Source of the DNA: Schmidtea polychroa | Lineage: Eukaryota | DNA length: 64,000 bases | Direction of reading: 5' to 3' | NCBI GenBank assembly: GCA_044892525.1 | Contig: CM097885.1 | Span: 23,996,001-24,060,000, forward strand | In this document: positions 32,603-46,909 of the stretch, one piece after another | Numbering within the stretch: the stretch's first letter is position 1 | Layout of the letters: every line of letters begins with the position of its first letter | Made by a program: the position numbers and the translations under genes | Notes under the pieces: model-generated | What the model was told of the DNA's origin: nothing | What the model saw: only the letters and a program-made list of their open reading frames with translations | The model's database searches: none

Positions 32603-35600
32603 TTATATTATAGAAAACTGAAAAGTGGAAGGAAAATTAAAAGCTGCACACAAACGCAATACATACTAAAAAGCACATACAAATTTTTGATTCGTATAAA
32701 TATAACGATGAGATACGTTTCTATAATAAACTTTATTTTTGGCAATTTTTAGAAAAAAAAGATCGTTGAAAATTTTTAAAATTATATTTTTAATGAAAAT
32801 ATTAAGAGCAGATGAATTTGGTTCAATATCATTTCAATCCAGATTTGATTTCCTGAAAGAAGCTCCTCATATTGAGCTCAGAAAAAAAATTACAAAAATT
32901 ATTTTAATCATCGATTTTCCCCAAAATGTTTTAAAAAAATAAATATTTTAGGTGATTGATTTATTTATTTCATGAACTATAATTAAAAATATATCGGACT
33001 CACATTTTTTCGAAATAATTCTAAAATAAATAGAGCTAAATATCATAAAATTCCTAGAAACCCTGAAAATTAATTAAAATAATATATAATTATACTGTTG
33101 ATTAAAAGTAATATTTAGGAACTTGAATAATGATCTCATATCTCATATGGATCAGAATTCAAGTCTTAAAATTTACTTTAAATAAAAAAAATTACTTGAA
33201 AGCCATTTGTAAAATGGCTAAAATAAATTTCCAAAATATATAAATGAGACATGATAAATTGACAAAGATGATTTACAATTACAACCAATTACAATTGGTA
33301 AATAAATTGGTGAGTGAATTTACACGCCAACCATCACTATAGAGAACGTATCTCAGTGGTGTTTGGTGTATATGTGCTGTATTTGTGTGTTAATTTTATT
33401 TTTCTACCACTTTCTCACCTTCTATATAAAAGATTTTATTCATTAAAACATTAAAATTTAAAGCGCAGGTAAGTTTGTGTGTTTCCATAATACAGCCAGT
33501 CTATTGATTTTCTTTGTATAATATAACTTCTTATATATTGAAAGTAAATAAAACAAAGAATTTTAAATTTATTATGACAAAGTTTGAATAATTGCAAGCT
33601 GTTGAGAAATGAAATTTTTTATGAAATAATTTTGTAAGATAATTTTAAATAGAAAGTTTTATGAAATAATTTTCAAAGGCAAAATTTAATACAAATTTTT
33701 ATTAAATTAATTTCAAAGATCGATTTCAATTAATTTCTTCTACTAAAAATATTAGTAAACAAGGGTTATATTTGGTAAATAAGTAAATGAAGGGCTAAAT
33801 TTTAAAAACTAGTAATAAAGTTTGAAAGATGATGAGAATAATTTAATTTTAAGTAAATTAAGAGTCTAAAAATTGATCAAATTAAATTATGGGCTTTTAT
33901 TTTTAAAAAAAAGTAATCATTGTTCAAAGATTTTAAAAATTTAAGTAATATTTTTAAATTAAGTAAAATAAATAAAAATTTTAAATTAAAGTAAATTTTT
34001 AAATAAGTTAATTAAAGTAATAATTTTAATTTTATAATCAAAAAGTTTGAATGATAGGCAGCTTTTGAGAAATGAAAATCTTTAATGAAAGCTTTTATGA
34101 AATAATTTTAAAAGAAAATTTAGATGCAAATTTCGCAAGTAATAATTATAATAATAATAATAATAATAGTAATAATAACTCAACCAAATACTTAACAACA
34201 AAAGACTTTATTAACAACACATAAAAAATAACTATAATAATAAATAAAAATTAACAAGACTGTGATAAAGATACAAAATTTATTCATCATCATATATTTC
34301 ATTATAATAAGCTTTTCTTAATTCAGGAAGAAGAATATTTCTTAAATTCTTGTCAAAATCTAAAATTCAACCAGATACCTACAACCAAAATACTAACAAA
34401 TATGTACTATCTAGGTATTATTTACATTCAGATAATAAATACCAACTATCAGCTGCTAAGGATTTTTAACTAGGTACTAACAAATAAGTACCAAATACTT
34501 ACAACTAAGAACTTACAACCAGATAGCTGCTACCATGTATTAACAACCAACAAACAACTAGCTACTAACAGATTAGTTTCAAAGATTATTTACTAACAAT
34601 CAACAACAACCAACTAACTAGGTACCAGATAACAAATACTAAGTAACTCTCAAACAACCAGATACTAAAGACTTACAACCAGGTATTTACAATCAACTAA
34701 ATATTCTTCATTGTATTTTATCAAATGCTTTTTAAATAAATCAACCTTTTATATGTATTAAATTCAAAAATATATTTAATTACAATCAGTAGAAAAACAT
34801 TTTCTGTCTAAGTCTAAATTTAACAAAAATATTGATTTTCGTCAAAAATGAATAATTATCAACTCAAACACTTTAAAACACTACGTGAAATTGAAAATAA
34901 TTCAAATATTTTAAAATAACAACGAAAGACTATAGAATTTTAATTTTTATTCACAAAAGATCTGCTCAACTTTTAATTGATTACTAATATTCGTACTGCC
35001 TTAAAACATTTATTAATGAAATGTAATAAGATTATATTAATTGAAAATAGTCAATAATTTGCAATTTGTCATTAATCAGTTGTTGAAATCTAATTTTATG
35101 TTAACATGAAGAAAAAATCTTTGCCTATTTCACAAAGTAATTATAGCCTCTTGACATGAGTAAACTTTCTAATTAGGAATTCATTAACAAGTCATCTATA
35201 TAGGGAAGAAGGCTTTCTACATTCATTCAATAACAGACAAATGTGAAATATAAACAGTAATATTAAATATAATAATGAATATTGGAACTCCATGTCGATG
35301 CCAATGCTGACACTTTACCAAAGATAATGACTTATCGATGACTCATCGTTTAAATGTGGGTACTGTTTTATTTTTTTGCACATCCCCTTTCTGTATGACT
35401 CATCGAAGACTTATTTTTTTTAGAACAAAGACAATGCATCATTTATTTTTAGAACAAAGACTCGTCAAACGATTCATCATCTATTTTTTAGAACAGACTC
35501 ATAAAACAGGACTCCACTAGAACAAAGATCTTATTACTATTATTATTATTATTATTATTATTAATATTATTGTTATTATTACTATTATTATTATTATTTT

Positions 35601-37406
35601 CAAAATATTATTTAAAACAATAAAGTGATAATTTAAACCTTTAGCTGTAAATAATGTATTTAATGAAAAAACATTTTCGACTATAAGATAGTCTTTGTCA
35701 ATCTCCTGGAACTTTGCAATCTTCTTCCCGAAAATACATTTCTTTCTTTCTTTTATTTCCTTTTTCTTAATTCTCATTGAGAATTAATTCTTATTGAGAC
35801 CAATTACTGAGTTATTCTAAAATATATTTAAAATTATCTAGAAATATATTTAAAAATTATCTAACAATATATTTAAAATTATCTAACAATATAAATTTTT
35901 TCAATGACATTTTTACATGAAAATTAAGGTCTAAAATTTTCAATTTGTAAATTAATGGTTTAATTTTAAATTAAAGTAAATTTAAAAAAGTCTATATTTT
36001 TAAACTTAAATAAATTAAGGATAAATAAGCAAATTAAGGTCTAATATTTTCAATTAAATTAAATTAAGGGTCTAAATTTTTATATTGAATTAATCAAGGA
36101 TCAAAAATTAAACTAAAGTAAATTAATGATAAATAGGTTAATTATGGTCGAAAATTTTAAATTAAGTTCTAAATTTTTAAACTTAAGTAAATTAAGGGTT
36201 CAAATTAGTAATTTAAGGACCAAATTTTAAAATTAAGTAAATTAAAATAAATAGGTGAATTAAGGTTAAGTTTTAAATTAAAGTAATTTAGTTCAAAATT
36301 TTAAATTAAAGTAAATTAATGTAAAATTTTAAATTAAATTAATAATTTATTGTCAGATATTTTGAATAACTATCATCTGATGAGAAATAAAAATTTAAAA
36401 TGAAAACTTTTATAAAATATTTTTCTATGACAATTTTATATAAATATTTTTATGAATAAATTTTAGATGGAAATAATGTAAATTAAGGGATACATTTTTA
36501 AATTAAAGTAATCAATGGTCTATATTTTAAACTTCTATATTTGGTAAACAAGGGTTAAATTAAAGTAAATTAATGATAAATAGGTAAATTAAGGTTTAAA
36601 ATTTTATACTTGAGTAATCAATGGTCTAGAATTAAATTAAAATTAAAATTTTTAAATTATAGTAATACTTTTAAATTAAGTAAATTAAAGTAAAAATTTT
36701 AAAATTACAGTAATAATTTATTGTCAGATATTTTAAAAAACTATCAACGATGAGAATTGACAATTTCAGATGCAAATCTTTTTGAAATAATTTTCAATGA
36801 TAAATTTAAATAGAATTTTTATGAAATAATAATAAGAGATATATATAAAAAAAGTAATTAAATGCTAAAATTTAAAATTAAGAAAATTAAAGGATTTAAT
36901 TTTAAATTAAGTAATAAATTTTGAAAAATGATGAGAATTAGTAGTATGAATTAAAGAAAATTATGACTAAGTTAATTAGATTTAAAGAACACTACAGTGT
37001 TAATTCTAACCATTTTACAATAATATTTTTTATCAAAGTTCATATCTTGATTTAGTTAATTTTAATTGAATGTAATGACAAATTCCAGCGTGTTGTCTTC
37101 AATTTTAATGAATTATTTTGAAAGATTATTTAGATAAATTTTGGTGTCTATTCATTAGTAATTTTTTTAGAGTTGATGGTTTTTGAGAATTTTTATCATT
37201 TTCGTGAATTTCATGTGGATTGAATGAATATTTAAAAATTTAAAGTTAGTTCTAAGATAAATTTAATTAATTTCTTGATAATTGGATGCATTTTTATTGA
37301 TTGATTTTTAATTTTAAATAAAAATTATTTTTAATGACAGTTAGGTTAATTATCAAGTGATAGGATATGACTTTGTAATGTAATTGAATTTGACTTAGTA
37401 GTTTTA
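32603..37406. repeat. Block A, copy 4
   Basis: Matches 4953-9758. Confidence 0.95.
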
Positions 37407-38733
37407 CAGGGTTTCCAAAAAGGTTTCATCCTTTTCCAGAAAAGTTTCATATTTTTCCACAAAATTTCAACCTCAAATGTAGAAATATTAATATTAATGA
37501 AAAATCAAAGATAAAATCAATGTTATTTTATGAATTCTTTAAATTTCCCGCCATTTTTGAGGATATAATAAAGCATATTTAAGCCCCAATGGCACCAAGA
37601 ACAAGACTCACTGACCATCTCAGAGAACTTATATGCGGCAAATACAATGCCTTAAAACCGATTGTTAAAATTGCCGAAGAGTTGGAATTGAATGTTAAAA
37701 CGGTTACAGCAGTCATTAAAATATATAAAGAAACTGGAAGAATAAAATCCGCAATCAAAAAATGCGGGAGAAAGAAGAAAATAACGCCGGAGCAGGTTGA
37801 TTTTATAAAAAACGAAATCAACGAGGAAGTTTCAATAACTTTAAACACCTTGAAATCCAAAATACTAGAAAAATTCAACGTTTCGTTATCAAAAAGTACA
37901 ATATCCAACGCAATTGAAGCTTTCCATTATAGCTTTAAGAGAGTTACATTGGTTCCTATGGCACGAAACACGACTGAGAATAAAGCAAAACGTTTTCAAT
38001 ACGCGTATGATTTTACCCAAATATCGCATGAGAGTTTCATATTTTTGGATGAATGTGGAATTAGCTGCAGCTTACGCCGATCTTATGGCAGATGTTTGAG
38101 GGGAACTTCCCCAAGAAAACTGTCAGAGCTATCAGAAGCCAAAATATTTCAATATCCGCCGCAATCACTCAGAATGGTATTTATTTTTTCGAATACAGTT
38201 TTTCAGCTTACAACGGTGAAAAATATGGACTATTTATTGCTAATTTGTGAGAAGTTGAGATTTGAAGGAATTACGAACCGGTGTTTTGTGATGGATAATG
38301 TTCCTTTCCACAAAATGATAGCCATAAGAGAATTGATCAATAGCGAAGGGCATAGTGTATTATTCTTGCCGCCTTATAGCCCGCAACTAAATCTAATTGA
38401 GAATTTATTCTCGAAGTGGAAAGGTCTGATCAAAGATGCAAACTGTGATACCAAAGAACAACTTTTGGATGCGATTCGATCAGCCAGCAGTTTAATTACG
38501 GAAGAGGATTGCGAAGGCTACTTTTCTAACATGCTTTCGTTTATTGGGAAAGCTTTTGCTGATGAAGATTTTTAAATAATTACCTTAATCGTGTACTTCC
38601 TTTTTAATTTATTTTAATATTTGTCGATGAAACGTTTTTAAAAAAGGATGAAACTTTTTTGGAAAAGGATGAAACTTTTTTGGAAAAGGATGAAACTTTT
38701 CTGGAAAAGGATGAAACTTTTTTGGAAACCCTG
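37407..38733 (+). mobile_element. Tc1-type DD34E transposon, copy 2 (segmental duplicate)
   Basis: Same TIRs, TA TSD and flanks as 9759-11085. Confidence 0.95.
37589..38575 (+). pseudogene. DD34E transposase, copy 2
   Basis: Translation identical to 9941-10927. Confidence 0.85.
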
Positions 38734-39936
38734 TATGTATATTTTCTAAGAATTTCATGTTGATTGATTAAATATTTAAAGTTTTAATGGTGATTTTAAT
38801 TGAATTTCTTGATAATTTGCTAAATTTTAAAAAAAAATTAATTTTTTTAATGACTGTTAGGTTAATAATCAAGTAATAGGTTTAATTTTAGATGACTTTG
38901 TATTGCACTTGACTCAATAATCTTTTCTATACTTTTCTATGAATATTTTCATATACACATTGATGAACTTTTAAAAATACATAAGCTAAGAAACCAGTTA
39001 ACTTTATCAAGGACTTCAAATTTACTTGAAAATTATTGTAAGATATACTGAAATTTGTGATTTAGTTTGCTATTATGATCAATCAATATATATCATCTCT
39101 AGGTAGGTATTTGATGGGTGAAATATTTGTAGGAAATAATGAGTATATTATGTCTTTGTTATATAAATCGACTTTAGCGTCAAAATGGATTTTTAAAATA
39201 AATTTAAATTTTAAAATACCGCAACGTAATATATATATATATATATATATACATATTTTTCCTACCTTTCCTTGATTTTGATTGGTTAGAATTTGTTCCT
39301 GTTTATTATCTTCAGTCTATAAACAATAATCTATCATTAGTCACATTTTACAAATATTTAACTTTAAAAATGAATTCTCTAATAGAAAACGTTATGAATG
39401 TCCGAGAAAAAAATTCAGAAATTTGGTAAATTTTAATTTATTGATTAATTAAATAATTTATTTAGTTACATAATATTAATGAAGACAATTTGAAATCGAA
39501 GATTAAAGGAAATTTGAAAAGAAAAAGTAAACATAATTTTTAATTTATTGATTTAATTAATTGATAATTTAGGTAATACGAATGAAGAGAAAAATTATGT
39601 CAATAAATCGAAATAAAAATTTACAATGTAAGTATTGATTCCTTTTTATAATTTAAAGGAAATTTAATAAAATTTTTAATTTAAGTAAATGTTAATATTT
39701 TTAATTTAGTAAATTTTTATTTTTTAGTAAATAAAATTTGTAAAATAAATTTTGTAAATATTCATTGTAATAAATAATAATGATTTGCAAATTTTTGCGT
39801 AAACATTTATTAAAATATATCATTTAAATTATAATATTTTTTTATTAAATTTTTATTTTATAGGTATACTTTACCCGAATTGAGACATCTTTTATTGAAT
39901 AAAATTTATGGAATTATTTAGTGATTTAAAATCGGA

Positions 39937-40360
39937 TGAGAATCCTAATATGGTGGCAGCGCTAAACACTGACGCAATCACCGAAAGATTGCTACCAAAG
40001 GTATTCTGCCAAGGTGAGGACTTGGAAAAGTTCATTAAGAGATGCGAAATTTATTTCGACGCCAAGGGAATCACGCAGAAGAAAGATCAGGAAAGACTAA
40101 CATCTTGCATGATTGATGAGGATCTCCTGGAAGTGTATGCCAAAACACATAAAAAAGCAGAAGGATTTCAGGCTAGGTTGCGATTGGCATTCGATCGCGA
40201 AAGAGATGTTTTAAAGGATATACAATATATTTTTAAAAAGTGGAGGACCTTGTTGACAGGTTGTTTGAGAATAAAGAATTCACCAAAGAGAAAATAACAG
40301 CAAAGATGTTGATAGTATGTGCTGAGAATAAATAAGTTGAGAAAGAAGTAATATTGCGGA
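39937..40360 (+). pseudogene. Gypsy gag fragment
   Basis: Copy of 12287-12710. Confidence 0.65.
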
Positions 40361-40609
40361 ATAATATCGCAATATTAGACAATTAACCGAAAATTATGTA
40401 TAAAAACATCCACATTTGGATATTATACTAATATATTATTTTTATATTATATTATTTTTTTATAAAGTTTCTATAATTAGCTTAGCAAATATTTAGCTAG
40501 AATCAACGAAATCAAGAAACCTTCTTTGAAAAACCACCCAAAAGAATTGATTTAATAGGTACAAAGACAATCTTTCATGACAGCAGAAGCACATTATTCC
40601 CTGTGATTA

Positions 40610-41548
40610 GACAAAAGAATCAAACAAAGAAACACTGGATGGAAACGACAGCATTACATTGAACAAAAAATCGGTAACCGACCTCACAAATTGTCTATCC
40701 GAAAAATTGTCTATTATAAACAGCAAAATAGATGAAGCAGCCATCCTCAATTTCAAAACAGCTCTTTGTCGCATTGCGTACCAGATCAAATGGATCAATA
40801 CAATACCTCATGAAAATGAAAATAGCGAACAAAAGCTCCCAGTATACATAAATGCAGATAAACTCTATCAACTAAATCCTGATGCAGAATTAGATTCAAC
40901 ACTCTCAAAGGTCTGTCACAAAATTATGGAGATAGTTGAGAAGGAAAAAAGAAAACCATAACTCTCAAACCTATCAAAGATGAACAAGCAATATTAAAAT
41001 TCCTCGAAAAGAAACCATACGTTTACTTACCAAGTGACAAGGGGGAGAATTTTGCATTATAGAGTAGAATCGGTACTGTGAAGCTAGTTACGAACACCTC
41101 GGCAATATCGAAACATACAAGAAAGTCAGCCGCATGTCACCAAACAATATCGAAATGAAGATCAACAAAGTATGGAAAGCCATAGCTTTGGAAATGAAGC
41201 TCAACAACAGAATAACCAACAGCTTCGTCACAAAAAATTCTGATCTTCCCAACTTCTACCACCTAATTAAAACTCACAAAGAGGATTCCGTTATCAAAAA
41301 TAGGCCTATAGTGTTCAACAAAAATGGACCAACAACTAAAACAAGTTGGCTCCTTGCAAAGATCTTGAAACCTTTATTGGACCACACCATCTTTAAAGCA
41401 GCGACTGCCTCATGACAAGATTAAATAATAACAAAACTTCTCATAGAGAATTCAAATACCCATTCAGTCTTGATGTCTTATCACTATACACATCTATCGA
41501 ACCAAAAGAGGCTATTCAATGTTTAAAAAAGAAATTAAGAGAAAGAGC
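40610..41548 (+). pseudogene. Penelope-like RT fragment, copy 2 (more diverged)
   Basis: Same motifs as copy 1; LLSLGPKF segment deleted. Confidence 0.85.
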
Positions 41549-42393
41549 AATTTCGATTGATTTAGTTTGAATTTTAATTCTACCTGAAGACCACAGTGAT
41601 TTTGTCGAAATATATTGTAGTAAAATATATATATTAGATTTAGTGCTTTTCGTTATATCTAAATCAATGCCATTAAATAGTGATTGTTATAATAAATTTG
41701 AAAGTGACACTTTGTTTTATTTCTATTACTCAATAGAAGCTCTTTGGAATTGATGAAGAGATGTAGAATGTTAATGAAAGAATAACTATCAATGATTAAA
41801 TTGGATATATGTGATTAAAATTATGAATTTAGTCTATTTCTGTTCTTGCTTAGAAGATGTTCAGATGTTGATTTTGAATTTCAATTCTTCCTGAAGATCA
41901 CAGTGATTCTGTCGAAATATATTGTAGTAAAAAATACATAAATACAAGGAGCCCAAAAATTATTTGACGATTATAGAAGAGTTAGTTGATAAAATATTGG
42001 GACATGAATTAAACAAGGAAATATTAATAAATACTTGGAATTGTGACCTTATCTTTTGAATCTGATTAAAAACGATAATTTACAAGATGTTCTAGGAAAT
42101 TCGAAAATGGTGACCAAATATATGATTTCTTTATAAAGAAGCTATTTCAGAACGATTACCATAAAGGATATGGTGTAGAGATATTCATTATAGAATGTGT
42201 TAATTATGAGGAAGAGAAAAGATTCTCAATGTTTTATCCAAAAATATTTTAAAAAAAGATTGAAATTAGTTTAAATAAAAAACTAAAGAAAAGATAAGTT
42301 TCTAGTGCTTAATTTATAAAATGAAATTTATGGAGTTATCTAATAATTTGCAAACCAATATTAATGTTTTAACGAATGAGAATCCTTATATAG

Positions 42394-44362
42394 CAACGGT
42401 GGGCAAATGCGGCTCTTCGTTGAGTAAACTGCGACTCATTGATAATTGAATTCTTGATAATCGAATTCGATTTTTTATTTTGAAATTTTTTACTAAATGT
42501 TTTGAGAAAAAATTTTTTATTGCAATTGTATTTTCATAAATGTCAAAAAATAACGAAACATTGTTTTTCACATTTTACTGCTTTTTAAAATTATTTTGTA
42601 GTAGGCGGCGCTTTGTTATAACAACGAGAGAGAAGCATCAAAAATAAATTTAGTGAATTTTGATTGGTTATTATTTTGTTTGTACAAGATTGCGGTCGTT
42701 TGTATATTTTAGTATAGTTTTCTATTCGTGTTTTTTGAAAAATTTGGTAAGAAGATTTTTTTATGAAGCATTTTAAAATTTTAAACTAATTAAAATTAAA
42801 TTAATGTCTTTTTATTATTTTGTTTAAATTTCAGCCATATAGTTATTTAAATTTATTATTATAATGACATCAGAAAACATCAACAAACGAAAATACAGAC
42901 AAGAAAATAGAACTTCTCAAGAAGAATGGACAGAAAAGTTTTTTTTATTGACAATAATGGTAAATCGTTGTGTCTTATTTGTAAAGGTACAATTTCCAAC
43001 TACAAAGTAACCAATTTACGTCGACACTATGAAGTAAGTCATCCACACTTATCAATTCAATATCCACTCAATTCAAACTTGCGGACAGAAAAACTTAAGT
43101 CATTGCAATCAGGGCTTCAAGCCCAACAAGGACTATTATCTACTTTTAGTCGAGAAGATGACAGTGCCAACGAAGCTAGTTTTTTGATAGCTTGGAATAT
43201 AGCTCGTGCTAAACGTCCATATGGAGAAGGTGAATTTATTCAGAGAAACTTGGAAGAAGTGATTAAAGTTTTGGATCCGGACAACTCAAAACTACATAAA
43301 TCGATCTCACGTATTCCTATTTCACGTCGTACAACTGAGCGTCGAATTGGCCAAATTAGCGAAAATGTTGAAAATAATTTGATGTGTGATTTAAAAAATT
43401 GTACAGCATTCAGTTTAGCTCTCGACGAGTCTACTGACATTCAGGATGTTCCACAATTAGCCGTTTTTGTCCGCTTTGTATCTTCTGACGTAAAAGTGAA
43501 GGAAGAAATGTTAGACCTAGTAGCTCTTCTCGAAACAACTCGCGGTATCGATGTCAAAATTTAGTTTTGAAGCTAAACTTCGGCTTTTTGTGAACGATCT
43601 TAGGTCGAAAATATTTAATCATTTTCCACGAATAAAAGCTAATATAATTGATATTACAGAAGAAAAAGTAAACGAATACAGTGAAAAATTGGAAGAATTG
43701 CAAGAATTGCAAGCGGATTTCAAATGTAGGTTTGAAGATTTGAAAAGTTATAAATCTACATTTGCATTTTTTGTGAACCCATTTATTTGTGATATTATTG
43801 AAGATGGATTTCCAATTTCTGAAGTAATACTTGTTAAAAAAGCGGTTGGGGAATTGGAGTTATTAGATATGAAAGAGGACCAGGCTTTGCAAATGCACCA
43901 TAAATCTACTTCTATAGTTGAATTTTGGAAACTCGTACCAGAGGCAAAATATCCACACTTAAAACAAGCTGCTTGCCGTCTAATTTCAATTTTTGGTACA
44001 ACATATTGTTGTGAATCTTTGTACTCCACAATGAAGTTCGTAAAGTCGAAATATCGTTCACAGTTGACCTATCAGCATCTTACAGAATTGCTGCGAACAG
44101 CTTTAACAAAGTATACACCAAATTTCAAAGATTTGACCAAAAGTCTTCGTTAATTCAAGAAATTTTATTACTTTTTATTAATGGATTTTTATGTTTGTTA
44201 CTTAATGTTTGAAATAATTATTTTGTTTTTTTTAATAGCGTTTAAGTCTCTTTAATCAATTTAATGAAATAAAAAAAATATGTACTTTACTATGGTGGCT
44301 CTATGGTAAAAAATAAATTTTCGGAAAATGGCTCTTATTGAACCCATGCGTGCCCACCCTTG
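42394..44362 (+). mobile_element. Buster-type hAT, copy 2
   Basis: Same TIRs and TTATATAG TSD; ORF remnants 42926-43564 and 43551-44153. Confidence 0.93.
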
Positions 44363-44565
44363 TTATATAGTGTCAGCAGTTTACACCGATAAGATCACCA
44401 AAAGATTGTTGCCAAAGGTCGTTTGTTAAATTGATGACTCGGAGAAGTTCATTAGAAGATGCGAGATTTATTTCGATGATAAAGGTATAAAAAAGAAATA
44501 AAATGAACAGAAAAGATTCTCTGCATGCATGATTGACGAGGATCAATTGGAGAAGAAAAAGAAGA

Positions 44566-45003
44566 AGCAATATTTCTATCTTAATATCCCATTCATCAGT
44601 GACTTACTGGATTTCGAGATCTTTAAAGAACTTAAACGCATCGGTCGTTCGATTCAGATAGCACATAAATCTTGGACATTGAGTAAAACTCTGGCAAACA
44701 ACACAAATAAAGAAAACAATTGCACAATGGAAAACTGCCAGACACCGAAAGATATGTGCTTTAGAAAAAAACTATGTTTATTGCATCACGTGCAATTTAT
44801 GCAAGGAAATATACATTGTAAGTACACTCAGGACCTTGCACCAAAGAGTTAAAGAACATCTAGATCCTGGTGGGAAATCTTCGGTGAACATACATCTCCA
44901 ACATTGTCAACCAAAAAAAGAAAGAAAAAATATTTCAATCAAAATCGTAGCCAATGGAAACAATCAAAAAAAGTGCTGGAACCTGACATTGTCGTCTGAA
45001 TGA
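44566..45003 (+). pseudogene. Penelope-like GIY-YIG fragment, copy 2
   Basis: Copy of 16940-17377. Confidence 0.8.
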
Positions 45004-45245
45004 AAGACTTAATAATCATAAGAGATATTATGAGGAAGTTTTATGATGAAGATATTTTTAAATATAAAATTTTAAAAATAAAATTTTAGATTAATTTTTA
45101 AAAAAATAATAAAAAGATATTTTAATTAAAAATATCTTCGTAGAAAATTTGTTTAAATAAGAAAGTTTAAAGAAGATATAATTTGATACTGATATTTACT
45201 GAAATAAAATTTATGGAAACAAACACTGATTTTAATGTTTTACAG

Positions 45246-45534
45246 GATGAACATCCTAATATGGTGGCAGCGGTAAACACTGACGCAATCACCGAAAGAT
45301 TGCTACCAAAGGTATTCTGCCAAGGTGACGACTTGGAAAAGTTCATTAAAAGATGCGAAATTTATTTCGACGCCAAGGGAATCACGCAGAAGAAAGATCA
45401 TGAAAGATTAACATCTTGCATGATTGATGAGGATCTCCTGGAAGTGTACGCCAAAACACTGAAAAAAGCCGAAGGATTCCAGGCTAGGTTGCGATTGGCA
45501 TTCGATCGCGAAACAGATGTTTTAAAGGATCTAC
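45246..45534 (+). pseudogene. Gypsy gag fragment
   Basis: Copy of 17620-17908. Confidence 0.65.
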
Positions 45535-46909
45535 TTTGTTTTTGCACATTTTTCTTTAATTAATATCTCAATTACTCCACAATGACCTTCCTGATAAATA
45601 TTCGTTATTTCAAACATCAATGGTTATTTTACATCATAACCCGAATAGAATTTCATTAAACTCTGTTACAAAAATATTTTCCTTCCATTTCTGGTATTTT
45701 CTGTTATATTCTCTTTGTCATTCAATGTAAAACATTCAGAACTGAACTCGAAATCTTTTCTGAATCAAAACATTTATTTGGTTTTTGGATTAGTTTATAT
45801 ATTATATAATTTAGATAAATTTAAACAAATTAATTATTAACTTAAATGATATTCAAATTTATAATATTTTCCAAAAAAATATATAAAATTTATAAAGTTT
45901 AAAAATAAATTGTAAAAAAAATTTTATTCTTTTGAAATATTTGGTCGCAAATATCAGAATATGACAAATTTTGTTTTTTTAAAATATATTTTTATACTAA
46001 ATTCACTTTTTCTTATTTATAATACAACACCAATTATATCTAAATTACTAATAAATTATTTTTTAAACGCTTTATTAAACTTAATATTAAATAGGTATTT
46101 AATAATTTATAGCATAAGCAAAATAAATAATTTTAAATGACTATTAAAATAAAAATAATAATATTTTACAATTTAAAAATTATTATTTATTTTAAATAAT
46201 ATTTAATTTTATTGATATATATTTTAAATAAATTATCATTTTAAAATTCTTTGACTTAAACGAAGAGTGTTCATTAAAAATATTTTTTTACAAAGTTTAT
46301 TTCAATACAAATTTAATAAATTATTTTAAAATCTTTATATATTTCAAATTTTAAAAATATTGAAAAATATATTGTTCGATTTTAAAAATTTATATATAAT
46401 TTTTTTCTGATTTCAGGTGTCTTTAAAAAAATTAACAATTACAACTTTCAACATGTTATATGAAAAATTGTATTTTAAAATACGGAAATGTTTAAACATG
46501 CTTTACACAAACTTTAATTTAAAGCTTCACAAACTCGTTAAATATTAAATTGTATTCTCAAGTTATAAAAATTTATCTAATTCCCCAAAATATTAATTTC
46601 AAATTTTCATTACAATAACCTATAAACGGCATTCATTGGCTTTCCTAATTTATATTTTAAAATATTTATATTAAATAAAAAAGAAAATAAGTCAATTAAA
46701 TACACATGATTAATCGTTTAAAATTTCTGTTAATATTAAAATTAATAAAAAGCGCAATTGACTGGATTTTATTTAATGTCCATTTAGTCATTATCAATTG
46801 CGCTTTGGTTTACACCAAACACCACTGAGAACCGTTTCCTATAATATAACAAAAAAATCAATAATCTTACATTATAGAAACATACATACTTACTTTGATT
46901 TCACGCTGA

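Larger units (their letters stand above)
38734..46909. repeat. Block B, copy 2
   Basis: Collinear with 11086-19283. Confidence 0.95.

Noticed and set aside
32386..32613. 75-aa ORF at the right junction
   Set aside because: Overlaps the fibre gene and ends in block A; at most the truncated start of the next Polinton gene.
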